A stretch of DNA of 64,000 nucleotides from Mobula hypostoma (taxonomy: Eukaryota), in NCBI RefSeq assembly GCF_963921235.1, contig NC_086097.1, positions 217,498,001 to 217,562,000 on the forward strand, in the 5' to 3' direction. Shown here piece by piece: positions 36,372-49,060 of the stretch. Below the pieces are notes generated by a model that saw only the letters and a program-made list of their open reading frames with translations, did no database searches and was not told the DNA's origin. Every line of letters begins with the position of its first letter. Position 1 is the stretch's first letter. Both the position numbers and the translations under genes were made by a program.

Positions 36372-37595
36372 TCTATGTACTACTAAAACTTCCATGCTCT
36401 GTCCGTCTGTCTGTTTGTGACCTCCAATTAGCGCAAACGATGCATTACAGTGGCACTTTTTTTTGGCTAAATCGAATTAAAATGTGCTAACTTACAGAAT
36501 GCAGGCAAAGTTCAGGGTTATATATTCATATAAAATTGCTCATTCGCCAAAAATCAACAGGCTGGCTTTCATCCGAGGGCCGATTGGCCATCATGGAAAT
36601 CGGGATGCGACAACCCGACGCATGCGTATGGCCAGTCTCAGCAGCGACACCAACCGGAGCAAAAGGGCAGGGCAGCTCTATTTCGAGGGGTCACATTCTG
36701 CTAATCACCATCAGCATGCGCAGGATTGGGACAGATCTAGCTGCCATCCATCAATAAGAGATAATTAAATCTTATTGTAATGACGTACTTTGAGACACCC
36801 ATAAAACCCTTTGCTGCAGTCAAAGGTCAGCGGTGACTATATCACGTCCATTTAGGAGAGCGCCAACCACATCATCAAGAGCAGTCAGCATCCTTTGGTG
36901 TTACTGCTTCGTATCTTCTATCCAGCATTAGGGTAAAAAAAAATGGTCAGCCTAATTATGCCATGTGGAAAGGGAAGGGGGACATTATGGTCAAGAGATA
37001 ACACCAAACGTTGTCGGGAAGCGGCAAGGAGAGGGAGAGAACAAGAATCGGATGAGGCCAGGGCCGCATGACTCCAGGATCAAAGAGTCAGGACAAAAAA
37101 AGATGAGAGGAGGAGAGACATGCACATCTCCAGGATCAGAGACAGACAACAAACAGCAGAAGAGCTGAAGAGACGGGGGATGAAAGAGCTGCACCTTTCC
37201 AGAATGACAAAAACAGGCACAGAAGGAGGAGAGAGGAAGAGACAAAGGAGCTGAGAAATACACATCTCTAGGATCAGAGAGAAAGAACAAACAGCAGAAG
37301 AGATGAAGAGACGGGGGGTGAAAGGACTGCACGTCTCCAGAATGACAACAAGAGGCACGACGGTGGCAGATAAACCAGAAATGATGCCATCAAAAGTGTC
37401 CTTCGTTAAATGAGGAGGAGCTATGTTTGCTTTGCTACATGTCGTTCTTCTTTAATAAACTGAGGTTTTCTACTTCAGTTTCAAAAGCAAAGCGATACCA
37501 ATAGCATTCAGGAAAATTTAATGTTCATTCTGGTCACATAAGACTGCACTACCCTTCTCTCAAAGGGTGCCCCAACAGGTCACCCTGTTGTCTAG
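36372..37595 (+). mobile_element. Non-autonomous Helitron
   Basis: Inserted between A and T with no TSD; 5' TCTATGTACTACTAAAA followed by a (CTGT)n-like tract; 3' hairpin caacagg-tcac-cctgttg then CTAG; internal charged-repeat ORF remnant. Confidence 0.8.
37122..37350 (+). repeat. 69 bp (23-codon) tandem repeat inside the Helitron
   Basis: Unit starts gcacatctccaggatcag / gcacctttccagaatgac / acacatctctaggatcag / gcacgtctccagaatgac at 37122, 37191, 37260 and 37329; alternate units are more alike (138 bp super-period). Confidence 0.88.
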
Positions 37596-37810
37596 TAATA
37601 ACTAATGGAGCCCAGAAAAATGGAGGGCTATGGTAACCCTAGGTATTTTCTAAGGTAAGGACATGTTCGGCACAGCTTTGTGAGCTGAAGGGCCTGTATT
37701 GTGCTGTAGGTTTTCTATGTTTCTATGCCATTTCTCTGGTGCTGGATTGACCAGTCATTCTGGTGGCACCAACTTAATTGACTGAAGAGGAGATGCTGAG
37801 TAGATGTAAG

Positions 37811-37942
37811 TGTCCTGACGAAGGGTCTCGGCCTGAAACGTCAACTGTACCTCTTCCTAGAGATGCTGCCTGGCCTGCTGCGTTCACCAGCAACTTTTAT
37901 GTGTGTTGCTTGAATTTCCAGCATCTGCAGAATTCCTGTTGT
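37811..37942 (+). mobile_element. Solo 132 bp hammerhead cassette with 10 bp TSD
   Basis: Begins at stem I (tgtc-CTGACGA); TSD tagatgtaag at 37801-37810 and 37943-37952. Confidence 0.93.
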
Positions 37943-38899
37943 TAGATGTAAGATATTTTCTGTTTGGGAGGAAATAAAAATCTGAAACAATTAGTCAATT
38001 TAACATCTGAATAAGTTAATAAGTCTCCGGGTTGGATGTCATAAGAACAAAAGATAAGGCTTTTCCCCCTTTCAGTGCATCCTGAAAGGGATATATCCTT
38101 TCGAAGTGTTTCTCTTTTGAATTTTCGTTTCTCAGCAGAATTTGCTAATTCAATTTAAATGTAATGAAAGTTTATGTTCATCTGTGGAAAAATTTGTACT
38201 GAGAATCTTGATGCACGGATAGAAGTTGTATGTTTATGCTTTTGTTTGTGTGCAGAATTGCGTTCCATTTATTATGTATTGCAAATTTCCGATGAGAAAT
38301 AAAGTGGGCAAAATTATTGCTTTGAACTTATTGGATGACCACTGCTTTGGCAAGAACGTCGAGCGAGAAAGATGATGCCATTTTGATGGCGTTATTCTAT
38401 AAGCCTCCCTGCTAATTAAAAGAGCAGCTATATTGCAAATGAGTGTAAACAATGGAGTTGTATTTTATTTTCCCAATATTAACTAGGATTGCCTCAGTCT
38501 ATAGGGCTTTGATGGTTTGAATTCATAAAAGTTAAAGCAGTATGTTGAGTCCTTATAGGGAAGAGGTCCTACCTTCCTTGGGGAATGAAGATAAACAAGT
38601 GAAGGAAATGTTTGTGGAGTAACCCTTTGGATCTGGTGACTATAATTCAGTATGTTTCCAGGTATTCATAGGAAAAGATAAAATTGATCTTAGAGTTAAG
38701 ATTTTATGTTGGTGGAAGACTAATTGCAACAGCATAATGTCTGGTAAAGGTGGATTGGGAGCAGCTCCTTGAGGACATAGCAACATCCAGTAAGTGGGAG
38801 GTGTTTAAAGGCAAGATTATAAGTATGTTCCTGTCTGGGAGAGAAAAGGAAATGATAAAGATATGACATATGTTACGGATGAATTGTCAGGGACTGGCA

Positions 38900-39290
38900 T
38901 AGAAAATGGAACACTACAGCACATTACAGGCCCTTGGCCCTTGATGTGCTGACTTTTTAACCTACTCTAAGATAAATTTAACCCATGTGCCTATCTAAGA
39001 GTTTTTTTAAATATCCCTAATGCATCTGCCTCTACCACCACCTCTGGCAGGTGTTTCATGCACCCACCATTCTCTGCGTAAAGTCAACTTACCTCTGACA
39101 TTCCCCTATACTTTCCTCCAGTCATCTTAAAATTATGCCCCTGTGTATTAGCCATTTCCACCCTGTGAAAAAGTTTCTGGCTATCCACTTGATCTATGCC
39201 TCTTGTCATCCTGTATACCTCTATCAAGTCGCCTCTCATCCTCCTTTGCTGCAAAGAGTGTAGCCCAACCTCACTGAACCTATCGTCTTA
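38900..39290 (-). mobile_element. CR1 3' fragment
   Basis: Similar to other CR1 3' ends in the window (cacccaccattctctg, tatacctctatcaagtc). Confidence 0.7.
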
Positions 39291-41029
39291 ATCTAAGGGG
39301 CCTATACTAGTTTTTGCAAATCACTTCCTTTTTATAAATTGATAGAAGCTTTTCCAATCTAATTACACTTTTCCTGTTGTATTACTCTCATTCCTACTTT
39401 TTCTTTCCTAATCAATGATTTTTCCTCCTTCACTAATTTCAAATCTTTTACCCCTATCTTTGACTCCATTGTTCTTTTCGGCAAAGTTGACATAATACTA
39501 ACTCCATCTTCTTTTAGTAATTATAGTGTGGGCTGCTTGTGTTTTGGGCTATGTATTTGTTTAAAAGTGTGTTTTAATTCCTTTAGTGTTTGCTATTGCT
39601 TGCTTACAGTCAGATGTTTTATTATAATTTACAAATCTACTGTAATTAATAGCTTTTTACTTTTATTTGCCTAGAATTAAGACCCTGGCTTTCAACTGCA
39701 CCAAATCTTTTAATATAATTCTATTATATTATGACATGTATTTCCTAAAGGTCTCTTAACTACAAGATTATTCTTCACCCTCATAATTATTGTACTGTCT
39801 TTATTACATTCCTCTCTAATTTCCGGATGTATATAACACCCTTCTACTTGTTTGGAGCATGCAGAATATTTCCATCAATATTTTCTGCCTTTGTGTTTCT
39901 CTTAGCTCCATGCAAATTAATAATATTTATAGAACATTTTTCATGCAACCAATGTAGTTCAAATTGCTTTACTCTGGGATAAAGTGCAGACATGAAAATA
40001 AAAGACAAAAATATGCTAGTTAAGTAAATAGTTTTTGAGCCGATGTTCAAAATTGTTAACGGAGTCTGCATCCCTTATAGTTTTAGGTATTGAATTCCAT
40101 AGTTTAGGAGTGTAGTTCAAAAAAGCTGACTTGCTAATTATCTTTGTTGATTTGATGCTTGATTTCCTGTACCTTAAATCCTTTCTCTGTTAACTGTTTC
40201 CTTTATTATCATAGCTATTCCATTTCCTTTACCATTTTTGCTTGTGTCCCAAAGTTAATTCCCAATCTTGGTCACTTAATAAACACATCCCTGCAATGAC
40301 TGTTATTAGCCTATGCCTATTTATTTCTCCTTTGCCATTAATCTGCCCTTCATGTTATGAATGCCGTGTGCATTCAGGTAAAGAGGCATAATTTGTTTAT
40401 TTTTACCATTATTTCCCTATGGTCATATGGCTATGTTCTCTCATGTTTGTTGTATGCTGTGCCTCCTCTTAACAGATCTGCCTTGTAAGTGCTCATTTTG
40501 AAAGCTTAGGATATCACCTTGCCTTTTCTATTTGACTTCTAAATTATCTCCAAGCTGTCTTATTAGCAGCCCAATTCACTCAATTCACCAGAACTATTTT
40601 TAAGCTGAATTGCAGTGAAGTCTGTTGGAATGGAATAGCTGCCAGTTTCCTATGAATTGAAACACTTTCTTAGAATCTCACTTTCAGCTCTGATTATATT
40701 CACCCCGTACTAATTTGTACTAGACTCAGGTTCTGGTTCCACTTGATAACTCAGAGTTGAGCTCTTCATACTACTCCAGAAGAACCTCTTCCTCAGTCCT
40801 GTTTGTAATCATGGATCCCACATAGACTGTGACAACTGAATCATTCTTTTCCCTTTTTCCATCAAATTTCTTCTCCAGTACTGATGAAATGTCATTAACA
40901 CTGGCATCAAGTATCCCTTCCCCAGACTTGTAAATGCCGAGAACAGTATCTTGCTCACTGTACTGCAGTTAGCGTATTTGTCCCCTCTGCACTCTCTCGA
41001 TAGGTGCACACGGGCTTCAAGCATTTCGT

Positions 41030-41680
41030 CTTTGTTACTATCAGATTTATTATCACTGACATATGTTGTGAATTCTGTTCTGTGGCAGTGGTACAGTGCT
41101 AAGACGTTTTTCAAAAATCACTGCAAGTTCTAATAATAGGTAAATCCTGAAAAAAAAAAGGTCATGTTCATAGAGTGCTCAGAAATCTGATGGTGGAGGG
41201 GAAGAAGCTGCTTCTGAATCACTTAAGTGTGGATCTTTAGGCTCCTGTACCACCTTGATGGAAGTAAAGAGAATGGGCCATGTCCTGTAGTGAGAGGCCT
41301 TTGTGAAGGGTGCCTCTTTCTGGAGGCACCACCTTTTGAAGATATCCTAAATGGTAAGGAGGGTTGTGCCTTATGGAGTCTGCAACACTGTACAGTCTCT
41401 TTCGATCCTGTGCATTGGAACCTTCATACCAGGTGGTGATGCAACCAGTAAGAATACTCTTTGTGGTATATCTGTAGAAATTTGCTGGAGTATTGACATA
41501 CTAAATTTCCTCAAACTGCAATGCTTTCTTCCCTTCTTTGTGATTGCACCAACATGTTCAACCCAGGATAGATTCTGAGATATTGATGTCCAGGAAATTT
41601 AGGCTGCGCACCTTTCCACCCCTTGATGAAGACTGTTGTGTGATCTCCCCAACTTCCCTTTCCTGAAGACCACAATCCAC
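41030..41680 (-). mobile_element. Decayed Rex1-like LINE 3' fragment
   Basis: tcagatttattatcactgac tail and ggtgatgcaaccag / tgtagaaattt motifs shared with the other copies. Confidence 0.65.
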
Positions 41681-41854
41681 TCCTGAAGATCTCCATATTT
41701 GTTTCACTTGTAATCACATGCCTTCATTCCTCATGACTGACCTGTTCTGCAATTCTTAATCTGAGGGGTGACTGACTCTTGGAACAAAGTGTCGAGGCAG
41801 CTTATCACCCTGATACATTCCATGTACAGATCCCAGACGCCAGCTCCGTCACTC

Positions 41855-42170
41855 AGTCCCCCATCACCCAGGACACACCCTCTTTTCATTGCCACTATCA
41901 GGGAGGAGGTACAAGAACCTGAAGACACAGGTTCAACATTGTAGGAACAGCTTCTACACCTCTGCCATCAGATATCTGAACGGACAATGAACCAGTCATG
42001 AACATTACCGATTTTTTGCTCGCTTTTTATACCACTTCTTTAATTAAATTTTTATATATACTTCATGTTATAATTTAAAGTTTTTAATGTATTGCACTGT
42101 ACTGCTGCTGCAGAGTAACAAATTTTATGGCATGCCTGTGACATTAAAACTGATTTTGATTGAATTCTGA
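41855..42170 (+). mobile_element. Rex1-like LINE 3' end
   Basis: HHPGHTLFSLPLSGRRYKNLKT remnant and ctgattttgatt tail. Confidence 0.7.
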
Positions 42171-42360
42171 ACTGATGTCCCTTGAGCTGCATGTATTTGC
42201 TACAATTTTGATTGTCATGCATCCAGGTGCTTTCAATTACCTTTCATTCTGAATACCCACATACTTTATTTACAATAAATGCGTGTTTTGCCATGCTTAT
42301 CTCAAATTAGTAATTAGTAACTATCTACTTTCAGTGTAATCACTAATCTGGGTTTAACTA

Positions 42361-42648
42361 GGGGCACCAGAGTAGTGTAGCAGTTAGCGCAACGCTGTTA
42401 CAGCTCAGGGCGTTGGAGTTCAGGGTTCAATTCCAGTGTTGTCTGTAAGCAAGTTTGTACGTTACTTCCCTTGGTTTTCCTCCAGGTACTCCTGTTTCCT
42501 CCCGCACTCCAAAGACTTGCTGATTAGTAGGTTAACTGGGTAATAGTAGGTAAATTGTCCCATGGTAAGGATAGGGTTAAATCAGTGAGTTGCTGAGCAG
42601 TGCAGCTCAAAGGGCTGGAAGGGCCTGTTTCACACTGTATCTCTAAAT
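42361..42648 (+). mobile_element. tRNA-derived SINE with CR1-like tail (HE1/V-SINE-like)
   Basis: A-box-like tagtgtagcagttag, B-box ggttcaattcc, core ttttcctccaggtactcc..ctcccgcactccaaaga, tail gaagggcctgtt...tgtatctctaaat. Confidence 0.8.
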
Positions 42649-42975
42649 GAATTTTGATATACCAGTTTAGTTAAAGGAATATAATTGTCAATTAGTGTGA
42701 ATCCCCTGTAAGATGGAGAAAAGTAAACTGCAATTCTCACTAACTAGGCTGTCTCGGGCTCACTATTACTGTATATAAATGCACGGGACAAGAAGTAACC
42801 TAAGTATTCTAAATCCTGTAGCATTTTCTTTAAGTGTAACGCCGTATCTTTGCCCTAGTCTCACTGAAGCCTCATTAGTTCCAATTTAAATAAACTGATA
42901 TTGCTTTGTAGTTTTCTAATAGTTTGTCAACATGAGTGGAAGAATAAAAATTCTTTCAACTTTTATTTTTAACAG

Positions 42976-43051
42976 CTTTTATCAAGCAAAGAAGAGCAGG
43001 ATTGAATGAATTCATTCAGAAAATAGTATCAAATCCGTCATTAAGTGAAAA
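42976..43051 (+). CDS. SGK3: SGK3-like coding exon 4 (PX, KQRR)
   Basis: (A)FIKQRRAGLNEFIQKIVSNPSLSE; tttaacag acceptor, gtaaga donor; phases 1 and 2 fit the neighbouring exons. Confidence 0.95.
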
Positions 43052-43562
43052 GTAAGATTCATTTCACTAATTCCATAAAATGATAACCATTTTCATTTTA
43101 ATTGACTTCTGGGAGGGGTGGGGAAGGTTAGGGCAAATAAATATGTTATTATCTGCAGCTAAGAAAGCTTACAATTATTTAGCTGGATTTAATTTATGGA
43201 TTGTGATTTTATAATGTTTTCTTAAAAGCTTCTCAGAATTGTTACTCGAATGAAAATTCAGGGATGGATTTTGTTGATCAGGTATCCTCTTTCTACAAGT
43301 GTGTGGTCTTCCCTTTCCTGTACTTACATGATCTATTTGTGAAGGGCATAACTTGAAGGCCTGAATGGGCATCTCAGACTGCAGCCACTTGCACTCAGCA
43401 GCCATCAGGTCTGAACAGCAATGGATGAGAAAGTTCTGATCCCAGCGTTCTTTGACTCTTATCCTAGCTTTGTCCACAATAGAAGCAGGGAGCAATTATT
43501 AAACATTCTAAAAAGTTTCTGACATTCGGAGAACTTCAGAAGGATTAAAATTGAAGAAAAAT

Positions 43563-43762
43563 GGAGGCACAATATGTAGCGGTCAGCATAACGCATTACA
43601 GTGCCAGCAGCCTGGATTCATTTCCGCCACTGCCTGAAAGGAGTTTGTACGTTCTCCCCTTGACCAATGTGGGTTAGTAGGTTAATTGGTCACATAGGCG
43701 TAGCTGGGTGGTACGAGTTTGTTGTCTGGCCTTGTAACTGTGCTACATCTCTAAATAAAAAT
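43563..43762 (+). mobile_element. tRNA-derived SINE, internally deleted
   Basis: Similar to 42361-42648 (gagtttgtacgttctcc, gtaggttaattgg, atctctaaataaa). Confidence 0.7.
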
Positions 43763-44694
43763 ACATCTTTAAATATTTTTGTAAAATGCTGAATGTGGGG
43801 GGAAAATGTAAAAAAGGCACAAAAAATTAAAAACATTAAGCTAAAATCAAATAATTAAATGAAGTAACTTACTTTCTGTATTGTCATTTAATCCTTCAGC
43901 TTCATAGAACTCATTGAAGTAAGGCACTGACTACAGGCTCCGGAGCGAAAGGCTCTTCAGGCTACCTTGGGGCAAAGTACGAGAGTTTATTTACCCCCCA
44001 CCCTCCGGCATTAAATGTGCTGGATGTATATGGAGTCTATTGGAAATGTGAACTGATTCAGCCATCAGAAACTTTCAATAATTTCCACACTTGAGCTTCT
44101 AAACAAGTCCCTGCTATCAAATGGCAAAATGCTGACAGTCTGCTTGGAAGCTCATTATTAACTAGCAAGATCCACACCATGTGATTAAAATAGAAAATGC
44201 TCAACAGATCAAGCAGAATGTGGGAAGCAGAGTTAGTGTTTCATCTCTGAGGCCTTTCACTGTTTATTGATTTCTGGAGCATGTCAGTGTGCAGCATTTT
44301 TGCTTTCCAGCGAGTGGTTGGTATTAGAATGTTCAAGTCAGAAGCCAGAACTAGCATGGGAAAGGATAGAGTCATTGTGTTCCCCCCCTCCTCCCGCATG
44401 TAATGAGAAAGAAGCTAATAAAACAATATCACCACATTCAAATTATCCTCATTAAATCAGAACAACAGTTTCTTCGTCAAACCTAGTCTGTAATAGCTGT
44501 GAAGTCCGATATTGATTTTTGTATTGTGAACAGACAACAGCAGTGAAATTCCTGTAGTTGAACAGATACAAGAGATGCTGAGATCAGATAGAATTGTTAA
44601 CTTACAAGAACATCTTAAATTCAGTGCCATGTAGTTAATAATTTGGTACTTGTATTGAGAAATGCAAGAATAACAGATAGTAAAGATTATACAT

Positions 44695-47600
44695 GGACAG
44701 ATAGATGCTTTATTGATCCCAAAGGAAATTACAGGTTCAGAGTAGCATTACACGTGCACAGATATACAAATATTAGAAGAGAAGTAAAAAGGAATAAAAA
44801 AAAGTTACCTCAAACAGTTTAATTGGGGGGGGGGGGTGGTCATCACTTCCCCAGCTATAGGTTGACTCATTATAGAACCTAATGGCTGAGGGTAAGAATG
44901 ATCTCATACAGTACTTTTTTGGAGCAGAGCAGTTGTCTTAGTCAATTGCTAAAAGTGCTCCTTTGTTCAGCCAAGGTGATATGCAGAGAGTGAGAAACAT
45001 TGTCCAGAATTGAATTGAATTGAATTGACTTTATTACTTGTATCCTTCACATATATGAGGAGTAAAAATCTTTACATTACGTCTCCACCTAAATGTGCAA
45101 TGAGCAATCTATAATTTGTAATAAATAATATATACAGCAGGACAGTCAATATAAGATCGAAATGCAATTGTGTCAGCATGAATTAATCAGTCTGACGGCC
45201 TGGTGGAAGAAGCTGTCCCGGAGCCTGATGGCCCCTGCTTTTATGCTGCCGTACCGTTTCCCGGATAGTAGCAGCAGCTGTAACAGTTTGTGGTTGGGGT
45301 CACTCAGATCCCCAATGATCCTTCAGGACCTTTTTACACACCTGTCTCTGTAAATGTCCTGAATAGTGGGAAGTTCACAACTACAGATGTGCTGGGCTGT
45401 CCGCACCACTCTCTGCAGAGTCCTGCGATTGAGGGAGGTACAGTTCCCACACCAGGCAGTGATGCATCCAATCAGGATGCTCTCAATTGTGCCCCTGCAG
45501 GAAGTTCTTAGGATTTGGGGGCCCATACCAAACTTCTTCAACCATCTGAGGTAAAAGAGGCGCTGTTGTGCTTTTTTCATCACACAGCCTGTATGTACAG
45601 ACCACGTGAGATCCTCGGTGATGTGTATGCCGAGGAACTTAAAGCTGTTCACCCTCTCAGCCCCAGATCCATTGATGTCAATAGGGGCTAGCCTGTCTCC
45701 ATTCCTCCTGTAGTCCACAATCAGCTGCTTTGTTTTTGCGACATTGAGGTTGTTTTCTTGACACCACTGTGTCAGGGTGATGAATTCTCTGTAGGCTGCC
45801 TCGTTATTATTTGAGATCAGGGCAATCAGTGTAGTTTCATCTGCAAATTGAGGAGCACCTGTGTTGAGGGTCAGAGGGGCAGAGGTGACGGAGCCCACTC
45901 TTACCACCTGTCGGTGATCTGACAGGAAGTCCAGGATCCAGCTACACAAGGCAGGGTGAAGGCCGAGGTCTGTGAGCTTCTTGTCGAACCTGGAGGGAAT
46001 TATGGTGTTGAATGCTGAACTGTAGTCCAAGATCAGCTTTCTCACCTAAGCATCCTTCTTCTCCAGATGTGTAAGGACAGTATGTAGAGCAGTGGTTGTT
46101 GCGACATCTGTCGATCGGTTGTGTCGGTAGGCGAATTGTATGGGGTCCATTGTGGGTGGTAGCAAGCTGCAGATGTAGTCCTTGACCAGTCTGTCAAAGC
46201 ATCTGCTTATTATTAAGGTGAGTGTGACAGGACGCCGGCCTGTTCAGACATGTTACCTTGGTCTTTTTAGGTACAGGGACAATGGTGGATGTTTTGAAGC
46301 AGGAGGGCACTCTGCACTGGGAGAGGGAGAGATTGAAAATGTCTGTAAACACACCTGCCAATTGTGCTGTGCACGTCCTGAGTACCCGCCCTGGGATGCA
46401 GTCCATCCCGCAGCTTTGCGACTGTCCACTCGTTGGACACACCAGCGTACTTCAGCCACAGCAATGACCAAGGTGCAGGTCACTTCAGCAGCTCTCCTCT
46501 GGTGCTCAGTGTTGGCAATATCAATATCAAAAAGACTTAGCTCATCTGGGAGAGAGGCAGCGATGTTAGAAATATCACTGTGTTTAGGTTTGAAGTCGGT
46601 GATTGTGTGCAGACCTAGCCATAAGCTGCGTGTGTTTTTGGTGGAGAGTTGTGGCTGGATCTTGTCCCTGTATTGTCGTTATTGCTAGGATTTTCCATGG
46701 GGTGTTTTGTTTTATTACAGTCTCCATTGTGTCCAGTTTGACTCCTATAACATAGCCTGCCTTTCTAATCGGTTTATTGAGCCTGTTGGCATCACTCATG
46801 TTGATGCCATTGTCCCAGCACACCACTGCATAGAAGATTGTACTGGCGACAACAGACTGGTAGAACATGTGAAGGAGAGGCCTGCATACTCCAAAGGACC
46901 TCAGTCTCCTCAGGAAGTAGAGGTGACTTGTACAGAGCCTCTGTGTTGGTTTTCCACTCAAGTCTGTCATCCAGGTGCACTCCCAGGTACTTGTAGGTCC
47001 TCGCCACATTCTCGTCCTCAATATCAGTAGTAACAGGGAGCGGTTCAGGCTTGGTCTGCCTAAAGTCCTTCACCATTTCCTCTGTCTTATTGATGTTGAG
47101 CTGCAGATGATTCAGCTTGCGCCATTTGACAGAGTCCTGTTTCAGGGCCCTGTATTCGTCCTCCCATCCTCCCTTTATACACCCAACTATTGCTGAATCA
47201 TCAGAGAATTTCTGCAGGTGACATGACTCAGTGTTGTAGCTAAAGTCTGAGGTATACAGGGTAAACAGGAAGAGAGCTAATGGAGTCCTCTGTGGGGCCC
47301 CAGTGCTACCTGACACACTGCTCTGAAGCTGCACAAGCTATCCATTATCCAGGATACAATGGAAGTGCCAACCTGCATTGAGCGGAGCTTTTCCCCCAGC
47401 AATGAGGGTTGTATGGTACTGAAGGCACTTGAGAAATCAAAAGACCTGATCATCACAGCGTTGTCCTGCTTATCCAAATGGGAGTTGGCTCTGTTCAGCA
47501 GGTAGATGACAGCATCATCGACTCCAATGTGCTCCTGGTATGCAAACAGCAGGGGATCGAGGGCTGATCTGACCAGGGGTTGGAGGTAAGCCAGGACCAG

Positions 47601-47750
47601 CATCTCTAGAGTCTTCATGTATGAGATCAGGGCAACTAGATGGTAGTCATTCACGACTTTTGGTTGGCCTTTCTTGAGTACTGGGACCACACATAATGTT
47701 TTCTACACAGTAGGGGCCCTTTCCCACTGAGACTCAGAATGAAAATGCGC
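44695..47750 (-). mobile_element. Rex1-like LINE hosting a second Rex1-like LINE (~45012-46680) in the same orientation
   Basis: Outer element: VNDYHLVAL, DPLLFAY, DFSSAFSTIQP, KFSDDS. Inner element: [16 protein letters not shown] and a (CAATT)n tail at ~45010-45028. The host sequence rejoins as tccagaattg|ctaggatt. Confidence 0.88.
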
Positions 47751-48104
47751 TGGTATGTCATCTGCTTATTTTGGGTAATTAGCGTTGCCCCATGCTTATG
47801 ATGCCTGAAATTTCTCAACAGCTAGGAGAAATGTATACAGGGAGATAAAAGAATGGAAAGTTGGTACAAAATGAGGAAAGTCGTTCATCAGGGGATCAAA
47901 GCAAGTTCAGGAGACCATATTGATAGTACTATTGCTAACTGCTAAATTCCTTTGCAAAGAGCTGGTCCAGCTCTCTTTAGAATATGATGTTTGTGCAGTT
48001 TCTGATATTTGTAACAATTGATTCTACTTGTTTTATTTTACTCCAACATCTAACAAAAATTTATTTCCTAGAGTATTAAGGAAACTGCTATTGTTTGTTT
48101 TCAG

Positions 48105-48192
48105 TTTCGAAGTTCGAGCATTTCTTCAAATGGATAACCCAAAGAATCAGTCTGATCTATCAGAAGATGAGGATGAAAAGCCTGGTCACATG
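48105..48192 (+). CDS. SGK3: SGK3-like coding exon 5 (end of PX, acidic linker)
   Basis: (N)FEVRAFLQMDNPKNQSDLSEDEDEKPGHM; tttcag acceptor. The weak donor ATG|gtactg was chosen because it keeps frame and gives a gap-free alignment to SGK3. Confidence 0.9.
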
Positions 48193-48321
48193 GTACTGTA
48201 CATGCAGAAAAATTGTAGTTTTAAACTGTGCATGCTACCTTAGAGACTGGCATTCAGGGTCCTGTATTGATCTAATTCATTATCATGCTTGAGATTCTAA
48301 GATGTTTATGTTTATCAACAG

Positions 48322-48371
48322 CAACATTCTACCTCTGAAAGTATTTATCTTGGTGCCTCAGGAAATCCACA
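48322..48371 (+). CDS. SGK3: SGK3-like coding exon 6
   Basis: QHSTSESIYLGASGNP(Q), cf. SGK3 LHSTSQNINLGPSGNPH; caacag acceptor, gtgagt donor. Confidence 0.92.
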
Positions 48372-48546
48372 GTGAGTACACCTTAGAATCGTAGTTATTT
48401 ATATATGTTATTGTATTGAAAATGTACATTAAGTTTTGTGTGTTGTGCTGTTGAAATTATATTATGTATTACAATTTTGAATGCGTTGTGTATTTTAACT
48501 CTATATTGCATAATGGAGAATTTTGATTTTTCTTGGGGTATTTCAG

Positions 48547-48604
48547 AGCTAAACCAACAGACTTTGTTTTCTTGAAGCTAATTGGCAAAGGAAGCTTTGG
48601 CAAG
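48547..48604 (+). CDS. SGK3: SGK3-like coding exon 7 (kinase Gly-rich loop)
   Basis: AKPTDFVFLKLIGKGSFGK; tttcag acceptor, gtgagg donor. Confidence 0.96.
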
Positions 48605-48747
48605 GTGAGGTTGTTTAAATGTTTAACTTCAGCTTCTGTTTCTGTGTAAATTAACTTTTTGTATGAATTTCAGAAATTGAAAGTCTACCATTTTTCTCCA
48701 ACAAGGATGAATCATCTGGATTATAACTATAAAATTATTTTTGTTAG

Positions 48748-48831
48748 GTACTACTTGCAAAACACAAAGCTGACGGTAAACTTTATGCAATCAAAGTCTT
48801 GCATAAGAAAGTGATCCTAAAGAAGAAAGAG
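48748..48831 (+). CDS. SGK3: SGK3-like coding exon 8 (catalytic Lys, YAIK)
   Basis: VLLAKHKADGKLYAIKVLHKKVILKKKE; ttgttag acceptor, gtaata donor. Confidence 0.96.
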
Positions 48832-48928
48832 GTAATATTATAAACTTGACATACTGCGATTTATTTATTTTAGTAGCTTATTGTTTTCATGGTGCTTTAC
48901 TAGTTCTTAAAATATTCTCTTAATGCAG

Positions 48929-49060
48929 CAAAAGCACATTATGGCTGAGCGTAATGTGCTGCTGAAAAATGCAAAACATCCCTTCCTGGTTGGACTTCAT
49001 TATTCGTTCCAAACCACAGACAAGCTCTACTTTGTCCTGGATTTTATTAACGGTGGGGAG
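48929..49060 (+). CDS. SGK3: SGK3-like coding exon 9
   Basis: [44 protein letters not shown]; aatgcag acceptor, gtaagt donor. Confidence 0.97.

Noticed and set aside
42361..42440. tRNA gene
   Set aside because: A/B boxes are present, but there is no cloverleaf and the sequence continues into a SINE core and LINE-like tail.
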